From contig JABABD010000020.1 of NCBI GenBank assembly GCA_014238425.1, forward strand, positions 145,536-209,535: 64,000 nt of DNA, in the 5' to 3' direction. The notes under the pieces were generated by a model that made no database searches, was not told the DNA's origin, and was given only the letters and a program-made list of their open reading frames with translations. The DNA comes from Flavobacteriaceae bacterium. GTDB taxonomy: Bacteria > Bacteroidota > Bacteroidia > Flavobacteriales > Flavobacteriaceae. This document shows, in pieces, positions 30,113 to 38,817 of this stretch. The position numbers and the translations under genes were made by a program. Positions within the stretch are counted from its first letter, which is position 1; each line of letters opens with the position of its first letter.

Positions 30113-30186
30113 ACTCCACTAGCCCAAACGGAAGAGGCAATAGTTTTAAACGCTGTAAAGTCCAAGTTCGAATCTTGGGTGGAGTA
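30113..30186 (+). tRNA. tRNA-like gene with perfect acceptor and T arms but an unpaired anticodon arm (isotype undetermined; possible pseudo-tRNA)
   Basis: ACTCCAC...CCAAG TTCGAAT CTTGG|GTGGAGT|A. The anticodon region ATAGTTTTAAACGCTGT cannot form a 5-bp stem. Confidence 0.4.
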
Positions 30187-30192
30187 CAAAAT

Positions 30193-30264
30193 AAGCTTAT
30201 GGTGTAACGGATAGCACACAAGGCTACGAACCTTGGAGTATGAGTTCGAATCTTTTTAGGCTTA
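30193..30264 (+). tRNA. tRNA-Arg (ACG)
   Basis: AAGCTTA|TG|GTGT AACGGATA GCAC|A|CAAGG CTACGAA CCTTG|GAGT|ATGAG TTCGAAT CTTTT|TAGGCTT|A. The T stem is weak. Confidence 0.65.
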
Positions 30265-30270
30265 CGACAA

Positions 30271-30341
30271 TAACCTGTGGTGTAATGGTAGCATTCAAGA
30301 CTTTGAATCTTGAGGTAATGGTTCAAATCCATTCAGGTTAT
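30271..30341 (+). tRNA. tRNA-Gln (TTG)
   Basis: TAACCTG|TG|GTGT AATGGTA GCAT|T|CAAGA CTTTGAA TCTTG|AGGT|AATGG TTCAAAT CCATT|CAGGTTA|T. U1-A72 as in enterobacterial tRNA-Gln. Confidence 0.75.
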
Positions 30342-30343
30342 CT

Positions 30344-30416
30344 GGTGTCTATAGTGTAACTGCTCGCACGAGAGATTGTGGTTCTCTAGGATCAAGTTCG
30401 ACCCTTGATAGACACC
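30344..30416 (+). tRNA. tRNA-His (GTG) with encoded G-1
   Basis: G|GTGTCTA...AGAGA TTGTGGT TCTCT|AGGA|TCAAG TTCGACC CTTGA|TAGACAC|C. The 8-bp acceptor stem has G-1:C73. Confidence 0.8.
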
Positions 30417-30421
30417 CAAAC

Positions 30422-30494
30422 GGAACAGTAGCAAAGTTGGTCAATGCACCAGATTGAAGCTCTGGCGATACAGGTTCAATTCCTGTCTGTTTCA
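30422..30494 (+). tRNA. tRNA-Phe (GAA)
   Basis: GGAACAG|TA|GCA..TGC|A|CCAGA TTGAAGC TCTGG|CGATA|ACAGG TTCAATT CCTGT|CTGTTTC|A. Confidence 0.8.
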
Positions 30495-31439
30495 CTAATA
30501 CCTCTTTAGCTTAAAAGGAAGAGCTGTGGTAAAAGACTTTGGATCGTAGCCATGGAGTGATTGGAAGATGTTGTTAGCAACGCGCTTGCTAATGAATAGA
30601 ATTTGCAGAAGCACTGAAAACTGACAAGAACACGAGTAGGGAAGCGCATTTAGAGCCAATCTGTTCGCATCAGCGAAAGTATCAGTTCGAATCTGATAAG
30701 AGGTGCAAAATATTACAATATCAAGCTGGTCTTGTTGGGTGTTTCGGTATAGCACTATTGTATAAAGCATTGCAGGGATGCATTATGGTTTTATGTACAA
30801 CTAGACTTGAAGGTTTTGATTGTTAACCAAAAAACAATTACCAGTTCTATGGACATGGGTTCGATTCCCATTCTCATTTATTTGAGATAACTCAGTGGCT
30901 AGAGTAATAGATCAATGTTGCCGGTTCGAGTCCGGTCAAGATTTCAGAATCTTGTAACTCAATTGGTAGAGTGCTACACTTTTAACGTAGAGAAGGGATT
31001 TAGGAGATCCACCAAAGCTTATCATCTTGTAAAACTGATAGCTATGCAGTTGGTCACACTGCTCTAAAAAAAATGACAAAACAGTGGATTGCAAATCGGC
31101 TTTAATATCAATTAATTATTAGTGTTCGATATAAAAGCAATCTAGAGCGTACTTGACATATTGGTTTTCATTTGCTAGAGATAGTAACTGTTTTTTGTTC
31201 AGAAGAGAGATAAGCACCATTTAGTTGGTGTAAATCTCAAATCCCAACATTAAACATGAGCTGTTGAAGCTTTTGATACGAATATGTCCGTACAGGAAAG
31301 ATGATTTGTAATCTGCTGTTTTTATTTAAAAAAGAAACTAAAATATACTTCGAGAATCAATGAACTCGTCATTGCGGATTGAAGTCGGTAAGCCTTCCGT
31401 TACAGGAATTGCCACAACGCTCATAATGGGCAACAACAA
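30495..31439 (+). other. Gene-free ~950 bp field of tRNA-like fragments (degraded continuation of the array?)
   Basis: Isolated T-arm-like units TATCAG TTCGAAT CTGATA (30679-30697), CATGGG TTCGATT CCCAT (30855-30872), CCGG TTCGAGT CCGG (30921-30935). A D/anticodon-arm-like TAACTCAATTGGTAGAGTG CTACA CTTTTAA CGTAG (30954-30990, Lys TTT-like). No ORF of 60 aa or more with support. Confidence 0.4.
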
Positions 31440-32561
31440 ATGTTTAATCAAAAATTAGAAACAATGAAACGAGTAAGAATTAATGCAGGAAAAGTAGGTT
31501 TGGTCTTCAAACGTGGTGACTTCGTAAAAGTCATTAATCAAGGGACACACTGGCTATGGTTAAATCAACGCGTGTTGATGTATGACCTAGCAAACACCTT
31601 CGTAGCTCCAATAGCGTTAGAAATCTTGCTACAAGATGAAACGTTGGCGGCAATGCTAGAAGTTGTAGAAGTGAAAGACAGCGAAATCGTTTTGCTTTAC
31701 GAAAAGGGAAACTTTAAAACGGTGCTTTCAGCAGGACGTTATGTGTACTGGAAAGGTTTGATCCAACGAGAATTCGTTCGTGCAGACCTTAGCAAGATTT
31801 ATATTACCGAACAAATTAACAAAGCCTTGTTCAGTAATTACGAATTGAGCAAATACATCAAAGCCTTTGAGGTGGCTTCTTATGAGAAGGCAGTACTTAT
31901 GGTCGACGATGTATATACAAAGACGCTTGACGGCGGTACCTATAGGTTCTGGAGAAATGACACGACAATTAAAATTGCTAAAGCTGATTTGCGTCAACTG
32001 CAATTGGAAATTGCTGGTCAAGAATTGTTGACTAAAGACAAGGCGGCAATTCGTATCAACTTTTATACACAGTATAAAGTAACAGATATCGAAAAAGCCT
32101 TACTAGAAAACAAGGACTACGAAAAGCAATTATACATTGCTATGCAATTGGTGCTTCGTGCTTATGTGGGTACTTATACTTTGGATGAATTGTTAGAACG
32201 TAAAGACAATATTGCGGAAGCTGTATTTGAAGATGTAAAAATAAGCGCAGCCAAGTTAGGTGTTACTATTTTGAACACTGGTATTAGAGATGTTATCTTA
32301 ACTGGAGACATGAAAGATATCATGAACCAAGTATTGGTGGCTCAAAAGAAAGCACAGGCTAACATTATTACGAGACGAGAAGAAACAGCGTCTACACGTA
32401 GCTTGCTAAATACGGCAAAGTTGATGGAAGAGAATGACATGCTGTACAAGCTAAAAGAGATGGAGTACGTTGAAAAAATCGCTGACAAGATTGGCGAAAT
32501 CACGGTCTCTAGTAATGGTGGTGTTGTAACACAATTGAAAGAGATTTTCTCTGGAAAATAA
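31440..32561 (+). CDS. SPFH/band-7 domain protein with a ~170-aa N-terminal extension
   Basis: The C-terminal half (QELLTKDKAAIRINFYTQYKVTD...VLVAQKKAQANIITRREETASTRS) is a stomatin/HflKC-like SPFH fold. I did not recognise the N-terminal part. Confidence 0.65.
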   Translation: MFNQKLETMKRVRINAGKVGLVFKRGDFVKVINQGTHWLWLNQRVLMYDLANTFVAPIALEILLQDETLAAMLEVVEVKDSEIVLLYEKGNFKTVLSAGRYVYWKGLIQREFVRADLSKIYITEQINKALFSNYELSKYIKAFEVASYEKAVLMVDDVYTKTLDGGTYRFWRNDTTIKIAKADLRQLQLEIAGQELLTKDKAAIRINFYTQYKVTDIEKALLENKDYEKQLYIAMQLVLRAYVGTYTLDELLERKDNIAEAVFEDVKISAAKLGVTILNTGIRDVILTGDMKDIMNQVLVAQKKAQANIITRREETASTRSLLNTAKLMEENDMLYKLKEMEYVEKIADKIGEITVSSNGGVVTQLKEIFSGK

Positions 32562-32572
32562 ATAGGTGTTTT

Positions 32573-32610
32573 AAATGCGCTGGTGTAAAAGCTAGCGCAT
32601 TTTTATTTTT
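32573..32610. terminator. Bidirectional intrinsic terminator between convergent genes
   Basis: AATGCGCTGGTGTAAAAGCTAGCGCATTTTTATTTTT. Confidence 0.6.
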
Positions 32611-34333
32611 CTAGCTCTTCAATGATTTCTATTGCGGTTTTCGAAACTAATTCTTGAGTTTTCTCTATACTCATTTTTATAAGCATTTTATCATCGACCA
32701 TATCCTTAGTTGTTTCAATTGCCCTGATATACCAATCTTCCCAAGCCTTTATAATCTGGGTTTGTGTGTCTTTTGATTCGCCTTTTTCAATGGCCAATTT
32801 TCCTTGCCTCAGTTCTTCATTTAATCGTGCTATAGCAGCCTTTTCTATAGATTGAATAACAGATTTAGCAGTAATCTCATTTGAATTAATTAAAATGTAT
32901 GCCGAAGCCAATGCAGCAGTTCCAACATTTCTAAGCGTTGTTTTCGACACCTTATCCAAGCGGTCATTATCTGTATGATAGAACTGGTCTGTAAAATGCC
33001 AAAACAACACGCTTGGTATATTATTTCTTAAAAATGGCACATGATCACTTCCGCCTTCAAATGGATTTACCTCAACAATCCAATTAGCACGCCTGCCTTG
33101 TTCCTTGAATTTACCGAGAAGAAAATCATTTAGGTAGTGCGGTTTCATTTGACTTAACTTCATCACATCACCTCCCCATTCTGTATGCTTATCATTGCCT
33201 CTTGTCCAAACGGCGCTTGGATCTGGCATTTTTTCGATTAAAAATGTGCCTCCAGTAATAGCGGTATTCTCTCCAACCATGTCAAGACTAATGCCCCATT
33301 TAATATCTTTTGCACGAACACTATCCTCTTCGACATATCTTTTAGTGGATATAATTTCGTCGCCCCATAAAAATGTTAATGTTCTGTCATGAGCAATCTT
33401 GTTTTCCTTAATCAGTTTTGCTGTAGTCTTTGCCATTTCTAATGCAACACCCACACCTGTAGCATTATCGTTAGCTCCTGGTTCTTGAATATGTGCACTA
33501 AATACTAATCGCTCTTTAGAAATTTTGGTTCCCTTGATATCCGCAACAATGGTCAATTCTTCAGATGGATATACTTTTGTTTCAACCTTCACATTAAGTA
33601 TTACTTTCCCTTTAGATAGTCTATCTAGCAAGCGTTCTTTTGCCGCATACGATAATGCTATGGCCCAAGGTTTGTTTTTTTCGTCCATTGGGATTGAGCG
33701 AAACTGAATGGAGGTTGTATTCTTTTCAGATTGCAAGTATTTTGGGTTATTGTAGGTAATAACACCTAATGCGCCTTTCTCCAAAACACCATTTCTAATT
33801 AACGTGTAAGGGCTTGCTTCTGCAAAGACTATTTTGTCTTTAACATCAATATCCTTTAGTCTCGTCAGATCCTTTACATGAATAACTTCACCTGTAACAC
33901 CTCCTTTAGGTGTGCTGAAAGAATTCAAAGCGACCATATTTCTATTAGTCCTCTGATTTAATAAAGATTCTCCTTCATCATTAATAGTTACTATCGCATC
34001 CACAGGTTCCCAAGTAGGGCGCTTAAGAGGTCGTTTTTCTATGCGATAGGTAAAAATATCAGATGATGTCGCCTTACTTTCTTCAACATATCCTGTTTTT
34101 TCTAATTCTTCTGCTATTCTGTAGACACTTGCATCAAATCCTTTGTTACCAACAACACGCCAGTATTGCTCAACAAAAGCGGTGGTTTTATAGGCCAAAC
34201 TCCCTGTGAACTCCTTGTCTAGGATTTCAAAATAATCTTCAGAAACAATTGCCTTTATTTGATTAGTATCAGCTGTTTTACAAGAAAAAACAATTGTTAA
34301 AAAGGCTATTAGTGTGACTGTATTTTTAATCAT
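32603..34333 (-). CDS. M28-family peptidase with PA and transferrin-receptor-like dimerisation domains (lipoprotein)
   Basis: Lipobox FSCKT. Zn-ligand regions HIQEPGANDNATG, WGDEIIS and DMVG. The C-terminal helical domain resembles the TFR dimer domain. Confidence 0.6.
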   Translation of the reverse strand: MIKNTVTLIAFLTIVFSCKTADTNQIKAIVSEDYFEILDKEFTGSLAYKTTAFVEQYWRVVGNKGFDASVYRIAEELEKTGYVEESKATSSDIFTYRIEKRPLKRPTWEPVDAIVTINDEGESLLNQRTNRNMVALNSFSTPKGGVTGEVIHVKDLTRLKDIDVKDKIVFAEASPYTLIRNGVLEKGALGVITYNNPKYLQSEKNTTSIQFRSIPMDEKNKPWAIALSYAAKERLLDRLSKGKVILNVKVETKVYPSEELTIVADIKGTKISKERLVFSAHIQEPGANDNATGVGVALEMAKTTAKLIKENKIAHDRTLTFLWGDEIISTKRYVEEDSVRAKDIKWGISLDMVGENTAITGGTFLIEKMPDPSAVWTRGNDKHTEWGGDVMKLSQMKPHYLNDFLLGKFKEQGRRANWIVEVNPFEGGSDHVPFLRNNIPSVLFWHFTDQFYHTDNDRLDKVSKTTLRNVGTAALASAYILINSNEITAKSVIQSIEKAAIARLNEELRQGKLAIEKGESKDTQTQIIKAWEDWYIRAIETTKDMVDDKMLIKMSIEKTQELVSKTAIEIIEELEK

Positions 34334-34344
34334 ATGAATAATCG

Positions 34345-34917
34345 TTATGCTAGTATGTCTTGTATTTTATCTTTTAATATTGGTAATACACCGTCATCAA
34401 ACCAAGGGTTTTTTGTCAACCAAAATCGATTTCTTGGTGATGGATGTGGTAATACGAAGTGCTTAGGCAAGTAGTCCTTAAAATTAGCAACGGTTTCTGT
34501 TAAAGTCCTCTTTGCTTCTTTCTTTAAGTAATAATTCTGAGCGTACATGCCAATCAAAATAATCAGCTCTAAATTCGGCATTTTATTGAATAAAGCTTCA
34601 TGCCATTGAGGCGCACATTCGGTACGTGGCGGTAAATCACCGCTCTTCCCTTTTCCTGGATAACAGAATCCCATTGGTACAATAGCGAACTTTTTTTCGT
34701 CATAAAAGTCTTCATCAGACACATTCAGCCATTTACGCAATTGTCTGCCGCTAGCATCATCCCATGGAATGCCAGAATTATGCACTTTCGTACCGGGTGC
34801 CTGACCAATAATCACGATTTTAGATTCAGGATGCGCGGACACCACGGGGCGCGGACCAAGCTGTAAATATTCAGAGCATATGTTACATTGCCGTATGTCA
34901 TGAAGTAAATTTTCCAT
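34345..34917 (-). CDS. Uracil-DNA glycosylase superfamily protein (family 4/5-like)
   Basis: GQAPG motif (IIGQAPGTKVH) and an N-terminal CxxC cluster (CNICSEY). Confidence 0.65.
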   Translation of the reverse strand: MENLLHDIRQCNICSEYLQLGPRPVVSAHPESKIVIIGQAPGTKVHNSGIPWDDASGRQLRKWLNVSDEDFYDEKKFAIVPMGFCYPGKGKSGDLPPRTECAPQWHEALFNKMPNLELIILIGMYAQNYYLKKEAKRTLTETVANFKDYLPKHFVLPHPSPRNRFWLTKNPWFDDGVLPILKDKIQDILA

Positions 34918-34938
34918 CTCTATTCTTTTCCAGACCTC

Positions 34939-36519
34939 TTATTCATTCCATTTCACCAACGAAGATGGATAGTATTTCACCTTCATTCGCTTTAAGAAAG
35001 GGGCTTGATTTGCTAGACGTTTTTTATAGTCTTCCCAATTACGATTCTCTTTTATACTCCACCCTAATTCTGCATAACCAATAGCGCGAGGAAAAGCGAG
35101 GTATTCTAATTCATCCATATTACTAATCGTTTCTGACCAAAGTGGCGCTTCTATTCCTATTATATTTTTAAGAGGGATTTTCTCATATGCTTCAGGTGTC
35201 CATATATAAGCTGTGTCAACAGGTATATAACCCGACCAACTTAATCCATATTTAGACTCTGTATCATATTTCATATCTAAATAGGCTTTCTTGGCAGGAG
35301 ATAAAATAATCTTCATGTTTTTTTCAATTGCCAAATGCGCATTTTCCTTACTCGCCCAAAATTGCGAAATAGAATTAGAGTCAATGTTCGCTGTAGCGAT
35401 TTCATCCCAACCAATCATTCGCTTACCATGCTTTCGAACAATTTCTTGAACTCTCTCTACAAAATATATATAATCCTCCTTTTTGGTAACATGGCTCTCA
35501 TCACCACCAATATGAAAATACGGGCCAGGAGTAATTGCAGAAATCTCTCGCACAACATCATCTATAAAAGTATAAACCTCATCTTTTCTAGTGTCCAAAG
35601 TACTTTTTCCTACTTCTGTTCCCTCGTACAATTTTGGAGGAATCCCGTTTCCGTTTAATATCGGGTAAGAAACTGAGGCCGCATTAGTATGTCCTGGCAT
35701 ATCAATCTCAGGTACAATCATAATATGACGTCTGGCAGCATAGTTTACAAGGTCGATATACTCTTCTTGGGTATAAAAACCGCCTTGCTCACCACCTACT
35801 TCAGTACTGCCGCCAATTTTGGTGAGCAAAGGCCAAGATTTTATTTCAATCCTCCATCCTTGATCATCAGAAAGGTGCAGATGCAAGATATTGTACTTAT
35901 AATACGCAAGTAAATCGATATATTTTTTAACATCTTCCACACTAAAGAAATGACGTGCAACATCCAGCATGGACCCTCGATATTCAAATTGAGGTTTATC
36001 GTTGATTTCTCCTGTAGGAATGGGCCAGGTTTTATAAGTCGTTATCGTGTCATTACTGTTATCAGGAATAATTTGTCTTATCGTTTGCATCCCGCGAAAT
36101 ATTCCTGAGGCTTGGCTTGAACTTAAAATTAGAGAATCTCGAGTTATGCTTAGTAGATATGCCTCTGCTCCTTTTTGCTTTAAAGCATCCGTTTTTTCAA
36201 TATAGATAACTGTACCTTTTTGAGGTGTCTCGGAATCTGCTAATACAATATCTAAATTAGTCTTGGCTTTTATTTTTTCAGATAAAAACCATATGAGATC
36301 TAGCAAATCATCAGATTTCTCAGAAACAGATATCGCTGTGTATTGATCTAAAGAAAAACCTTCATTTGTTGCTATTGCTTCCAATGGTTTAGGAATCATA
36401 TTTTCTGTAGATAAATCTGTACTGGGGAAATTTAAAGTGGGAATCTTTTTTCCTTTATTACAAGCACTTAAAAATAGTGTTAATAAGATTAGTGTTATTG
36501 CTTTTGAAAATGTGCTCAT
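34939..36519 (-). CDS. Beta-N-acetylhexosaminidase (GH20), lipoprotein
   Basis: Catalytic region HLHLSDDQGWRIE...PEIDMPGH...HIGGDE. Confidence 0.85.
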   Translation of the reverse strand: MSTFSKAITLILLTLFLSACNKGKKIPTLNFPSTDLSTENMIPKPLEAIATNEGFSLDQYTAISVSEKSDDLLDLIWFLSEKIKAKTNLDIVLADSETPQKGTVIYIEKTDALKQKGAEAYLLSITRDSLILSSSQASGIFRGMQTIRQIIPDNSNDTITTYKTWPIPTGEINDKPQFEYRGSMLDVARHFFSVEDVKKYIDLLAYYKYNILHLHLSDDQGWRIEIKSWPLLTKIGGSTEVGGEQGGFYTQEEYIDLVNYAARRHIMIVPEIDMPGHTNAASVSYPILNGNGIPPKLYEGTEVGKSTLDTRKDEVYTFIDDVVREISAITPGPYFHIGGDESHVTKKEDYIYFVERVQEIVRKHGKRMIGWDEIATANIDSNSISQFWASKENAHLAIEKNMKIILSPAKKAYLDMKYDTESKYGLSWSGYIPVDTAYIWTPEAYEKIPLKNIIGIEAPLWSETISNMDELEYLAFPRAIGYAELGWSIKENRNWEDYKKRLANQAPFLKRMKVKYYPSSLVKWNE

Positions 36520-36537
36520 ATTGGAAAGATCTTTTAT

Positions 36538-37209
36538 TTATTTTTTACCAGCAACTACAACGACGATTTCGCCTTTTGGTGGTTTATTAGTATAATATTC
36601 TAGTACTTGTTGCGCTGTACCTCGTGTTGTTTCTTCGTATAATTTGGTTAATTCGCGAGACACAGAAACTGGTCTGTCAGTGCCAAAATATTCCGTGAAA
36701 CTCGTTAGGGTTTTTAGTAATTTATGTGGTGATTCATAAAAAACCATGGTTCTGGTTTCTTCCGCTAGGAGCTTCAATCGTGTTTGGCGTCCTTTTTTAA
36801 CAGGAAGAAATCCTTCGAATACAAATTTATCATTTGGTAATCCAGAATTTACAAGTGCTGGAACAAAAGCTGTAGCACCTGGGAGGCAGTCCACTTCAAT
36901 GTTATTTTCAATACAAGCACGTGTCAATAAAAAACCTGGATCAGAAATGGCAGGAGTTCCTGCGTCGCTAATCAAGGCAATCGATATTCCGCTTTTTAGT
37001 TTCTGAATCAAACCTTCAACCGTTTTATGCTCATTGTGCATATGGTGCGACTGCGCTGGTGTGGCAACATCAAAATGTTTCAATAGTTTCCCTGAAGTTC
37101 GCGTGTCTTCTGCAAGAATTAAATCGACGTCTTTCAACACCTCTATTGCTCTAAAGGTCATGTCCTTTAAATTCCCAATAGGTGTGGGTACAATGTAAAG
37201 TTTACTCAA
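36538..37209 (-). CDS. rsmI: 16S rRNA (cytidine1402-2'-O)-methyltransferase
   Basis: LYIVPTPIGNLKDMTFRAIEVL...ILAEDTR is the tetrapyrrole-methylase fold of RsmI. Confidence 0.85.
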   Translation of the reverse strand: MSKLYIVPTPIGNLKDMTFRAIEVLKDVDLILAEDTRTSGKLLKHFDVATPAQSHHMHNEHKTVEGLIQKLKSGISIALISDAGTPAISDPGFLLTRACIENNIEVDCLPGATAFVPALVNSGLPNDKFVFEGFLPVKKGRQTRLKLLAEETRTMVFYESPHKLLKTLTSFTEYFGTDRPVSVSRELTKLYEETTRGTAQQVLEYYTNKPPKGEIVVVVAGKK

Positions 37210-37234
37210 TATTCAAGGATTATTGAAAACGATA

Positions 37235-37981
37235 TTAATTAAATTTAGCTTCAATTATTTCCATAAAACGATCTGCATACTCGTCTTTGCCAATCCAGAA
37301 ATTATAATCTGGTTTTACCTTGACTTTTATCATATGCTCAGCTTCATCAAAAGTTGATGCTGTATTTAATAATGAAATAACACGGTCTAAATCTGTGGCA
37401 TTATCATCAAACAAATGCTTTATAAAAGCAATCTTATCATTAAGTCCTATTACAAATCCGTTTTTTAGTTTATCATTCAACGATTGCTTTGCGTCTTCCT
37501 TTTTCTTGCCATTTGGCTTTTCTTCAATAGGGTCAAAAACTGGCATTTCTTTAAAATCTGCGGTGATTTCATCGAAGTCATTTTTATGATACTGCGTTTG
37601 AGGAATTGCCTCTTCAAAAATGGCATCAATCTTTTGTGTTTCAGGAGGCATCTGCGCAACGATGTCTTTTATTTTTTCCATAACTGGCTCCATAATATCA
37701 TCGTCTTCAACATCGTCAAGATTGATATAAATTTTATCCTCAACCTCAATATTATCACTTACCTTATTATTAAAGGCCACATCAAGCATATCAAAGAATG
37801 ATGAGTCGTTTCCAATAGTTGGTAAATCGTCTTCAAAATTATCATGCGCAAATTTTAAAACACTCAATCGCTCGTATAGTTCTCTCACTTCGTGATGCAT
37901 TTTCAACACATCTTCTTTTCCTTTAAGTTTTAAGATGCGATGTGCAATGCTCATTAATTCAGATTCCAGCTTCTTTTTCAT
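37235..37981 (-). CDS. Hypothetical acidic protein
   Basis: No recognisable motif. Coding potential is consistent over 248 aa. Confidence 0.4.
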   Translation of the reverse strand: MKKKLESELMSIAHRILKLKGKEDVLKMHHEVRELYERLSVLKFAHDNFEDDLPTIGNDSSFFDMLDVAFNNKVSDNIEVEDKIYINLDDVEDDDIMEPVMEKIKDIVAQMPPETQKIDAIFEEAIPQTQYHKNDFDEITADFKEMPVFDPIEEKPNGKKKEDAKQSLNDKLKNGFVIGLNDKIAFIKHLFDDNATDLDRVISLLNTASTFDEAEHMIKVKVKPDYNFWIGKDEYADRFMEIIEAKFN

Positions 37982-38169
37982 CAGTTACTTTTTTATTTGT
38001 TCTTAAAGCCAGATGTAATTCGCAAACAACATTTCGGTAATTAAAAAAATGTTGAGGCTCATTTCATAACTTTAAAATTTCGCGGTGATTTAGCTTTTGA
38101 TTTTTAATAAATTTACACCACCTTTATACAAAACGAAGAATGCCCTCGTTTTAGTGTTAAAATTACAAA

Positions 38170-38817
38170 ATGTTTCTCGAAAATACCGTAAATCATAAAG
38201 AACAATTTGGCTGGATAGAAGTTATCTGTGGCTCTATGTTTTCTGGTAAAACAGAAGAATTGATAAGACGATTGAAGCGGGCGCAATTTGCACGACAAAA
38301 AGTAGAAATTTTCAAACCGGCTATTGACAGACGCTATGATGAGGAAATGGTAGTTTCACATGACAGCAATGAAATTCGTTCAACGCCAGTTCCTGCAGCT
38401 GCTAACATTCCTATCTTAGCAGATGGCGTAGATGTTGTTGGGATTGACGAAGCTCAATTTTTTGATGATGAAATTGTGAGGGTTTGTAACGATTTAGCCA
38501 ATAAAGGTGTTCGCGTTATTGTTGCAGGACTTGATATGGATTTTAAAGGAAACCCATTTGGTCCAATGCCGAGTTTAATGGCCACTGCTGAATACGTCAC
38601 TAAAGTACACGCTGTTTGCACCAGAACTGGAAATTTAGCACAATACAGTTACAGAAAAGCTAAAAGTGATGACCTTGTTTTACTGGGTGAAGTCGAAGAA
38701 TATGAGCCCTTGAGTAGGGCTGCTTTTTACAAAGCCATGTTGCGTGACAAAGTGCGTAATATGAAAGTGAATGATGCTCAAGAAATTTCTTCAAAACCAA
38801 AAAATAGTAATGTCTAA
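38170..38817 (+). CDS. tdk: Thymidine kinase
   Basis: P-loop [14 protein letters not shown] and a C-terminal Zn ribbon typical of type II TK. Confidence 0.85.
   Translation: MFLENTVNHKEQFGWIEVICGSMFSGKTEELIRRLKRAQFARQKVEIFKPAIDRRYDEEMVVSHDSNEIRSTPVPAAANIPILADGVDVVGIDEAQFFDDEIVRVCNDLANKGVRVIVAGLDMDFKGNPFGPMPSLMATAEYVTKVHAVCTRTGNLAQYSYRKAKSDDLVLLGEVEEYEPLSRAAFYKAMLRDKVRNMKVNDAQEISSKPKNSNV

Noticed and set aside
29295-30770. Minus-strand ORFs of 60-91 aa (29295-29477, 29485-29697, 30025-30219, 30066-30332, 30495-30770) covering the tRNA array and its flank
   Set aside because: They lie antisense to consecutive tRNA genes. The stretch is explained as RNA genes, and the ORFs have no motif or start context.
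29250-31439. Prophage or integrative-element interpretation of the tRNA array locus
   Set aside because: There is no integrase, recombinase, or phage structural or replication gene anywhere in the 64-kb window, and the flanks are ordinary housekeeping operons. Acquisition remains possible, but an intact mobile element is not supported.
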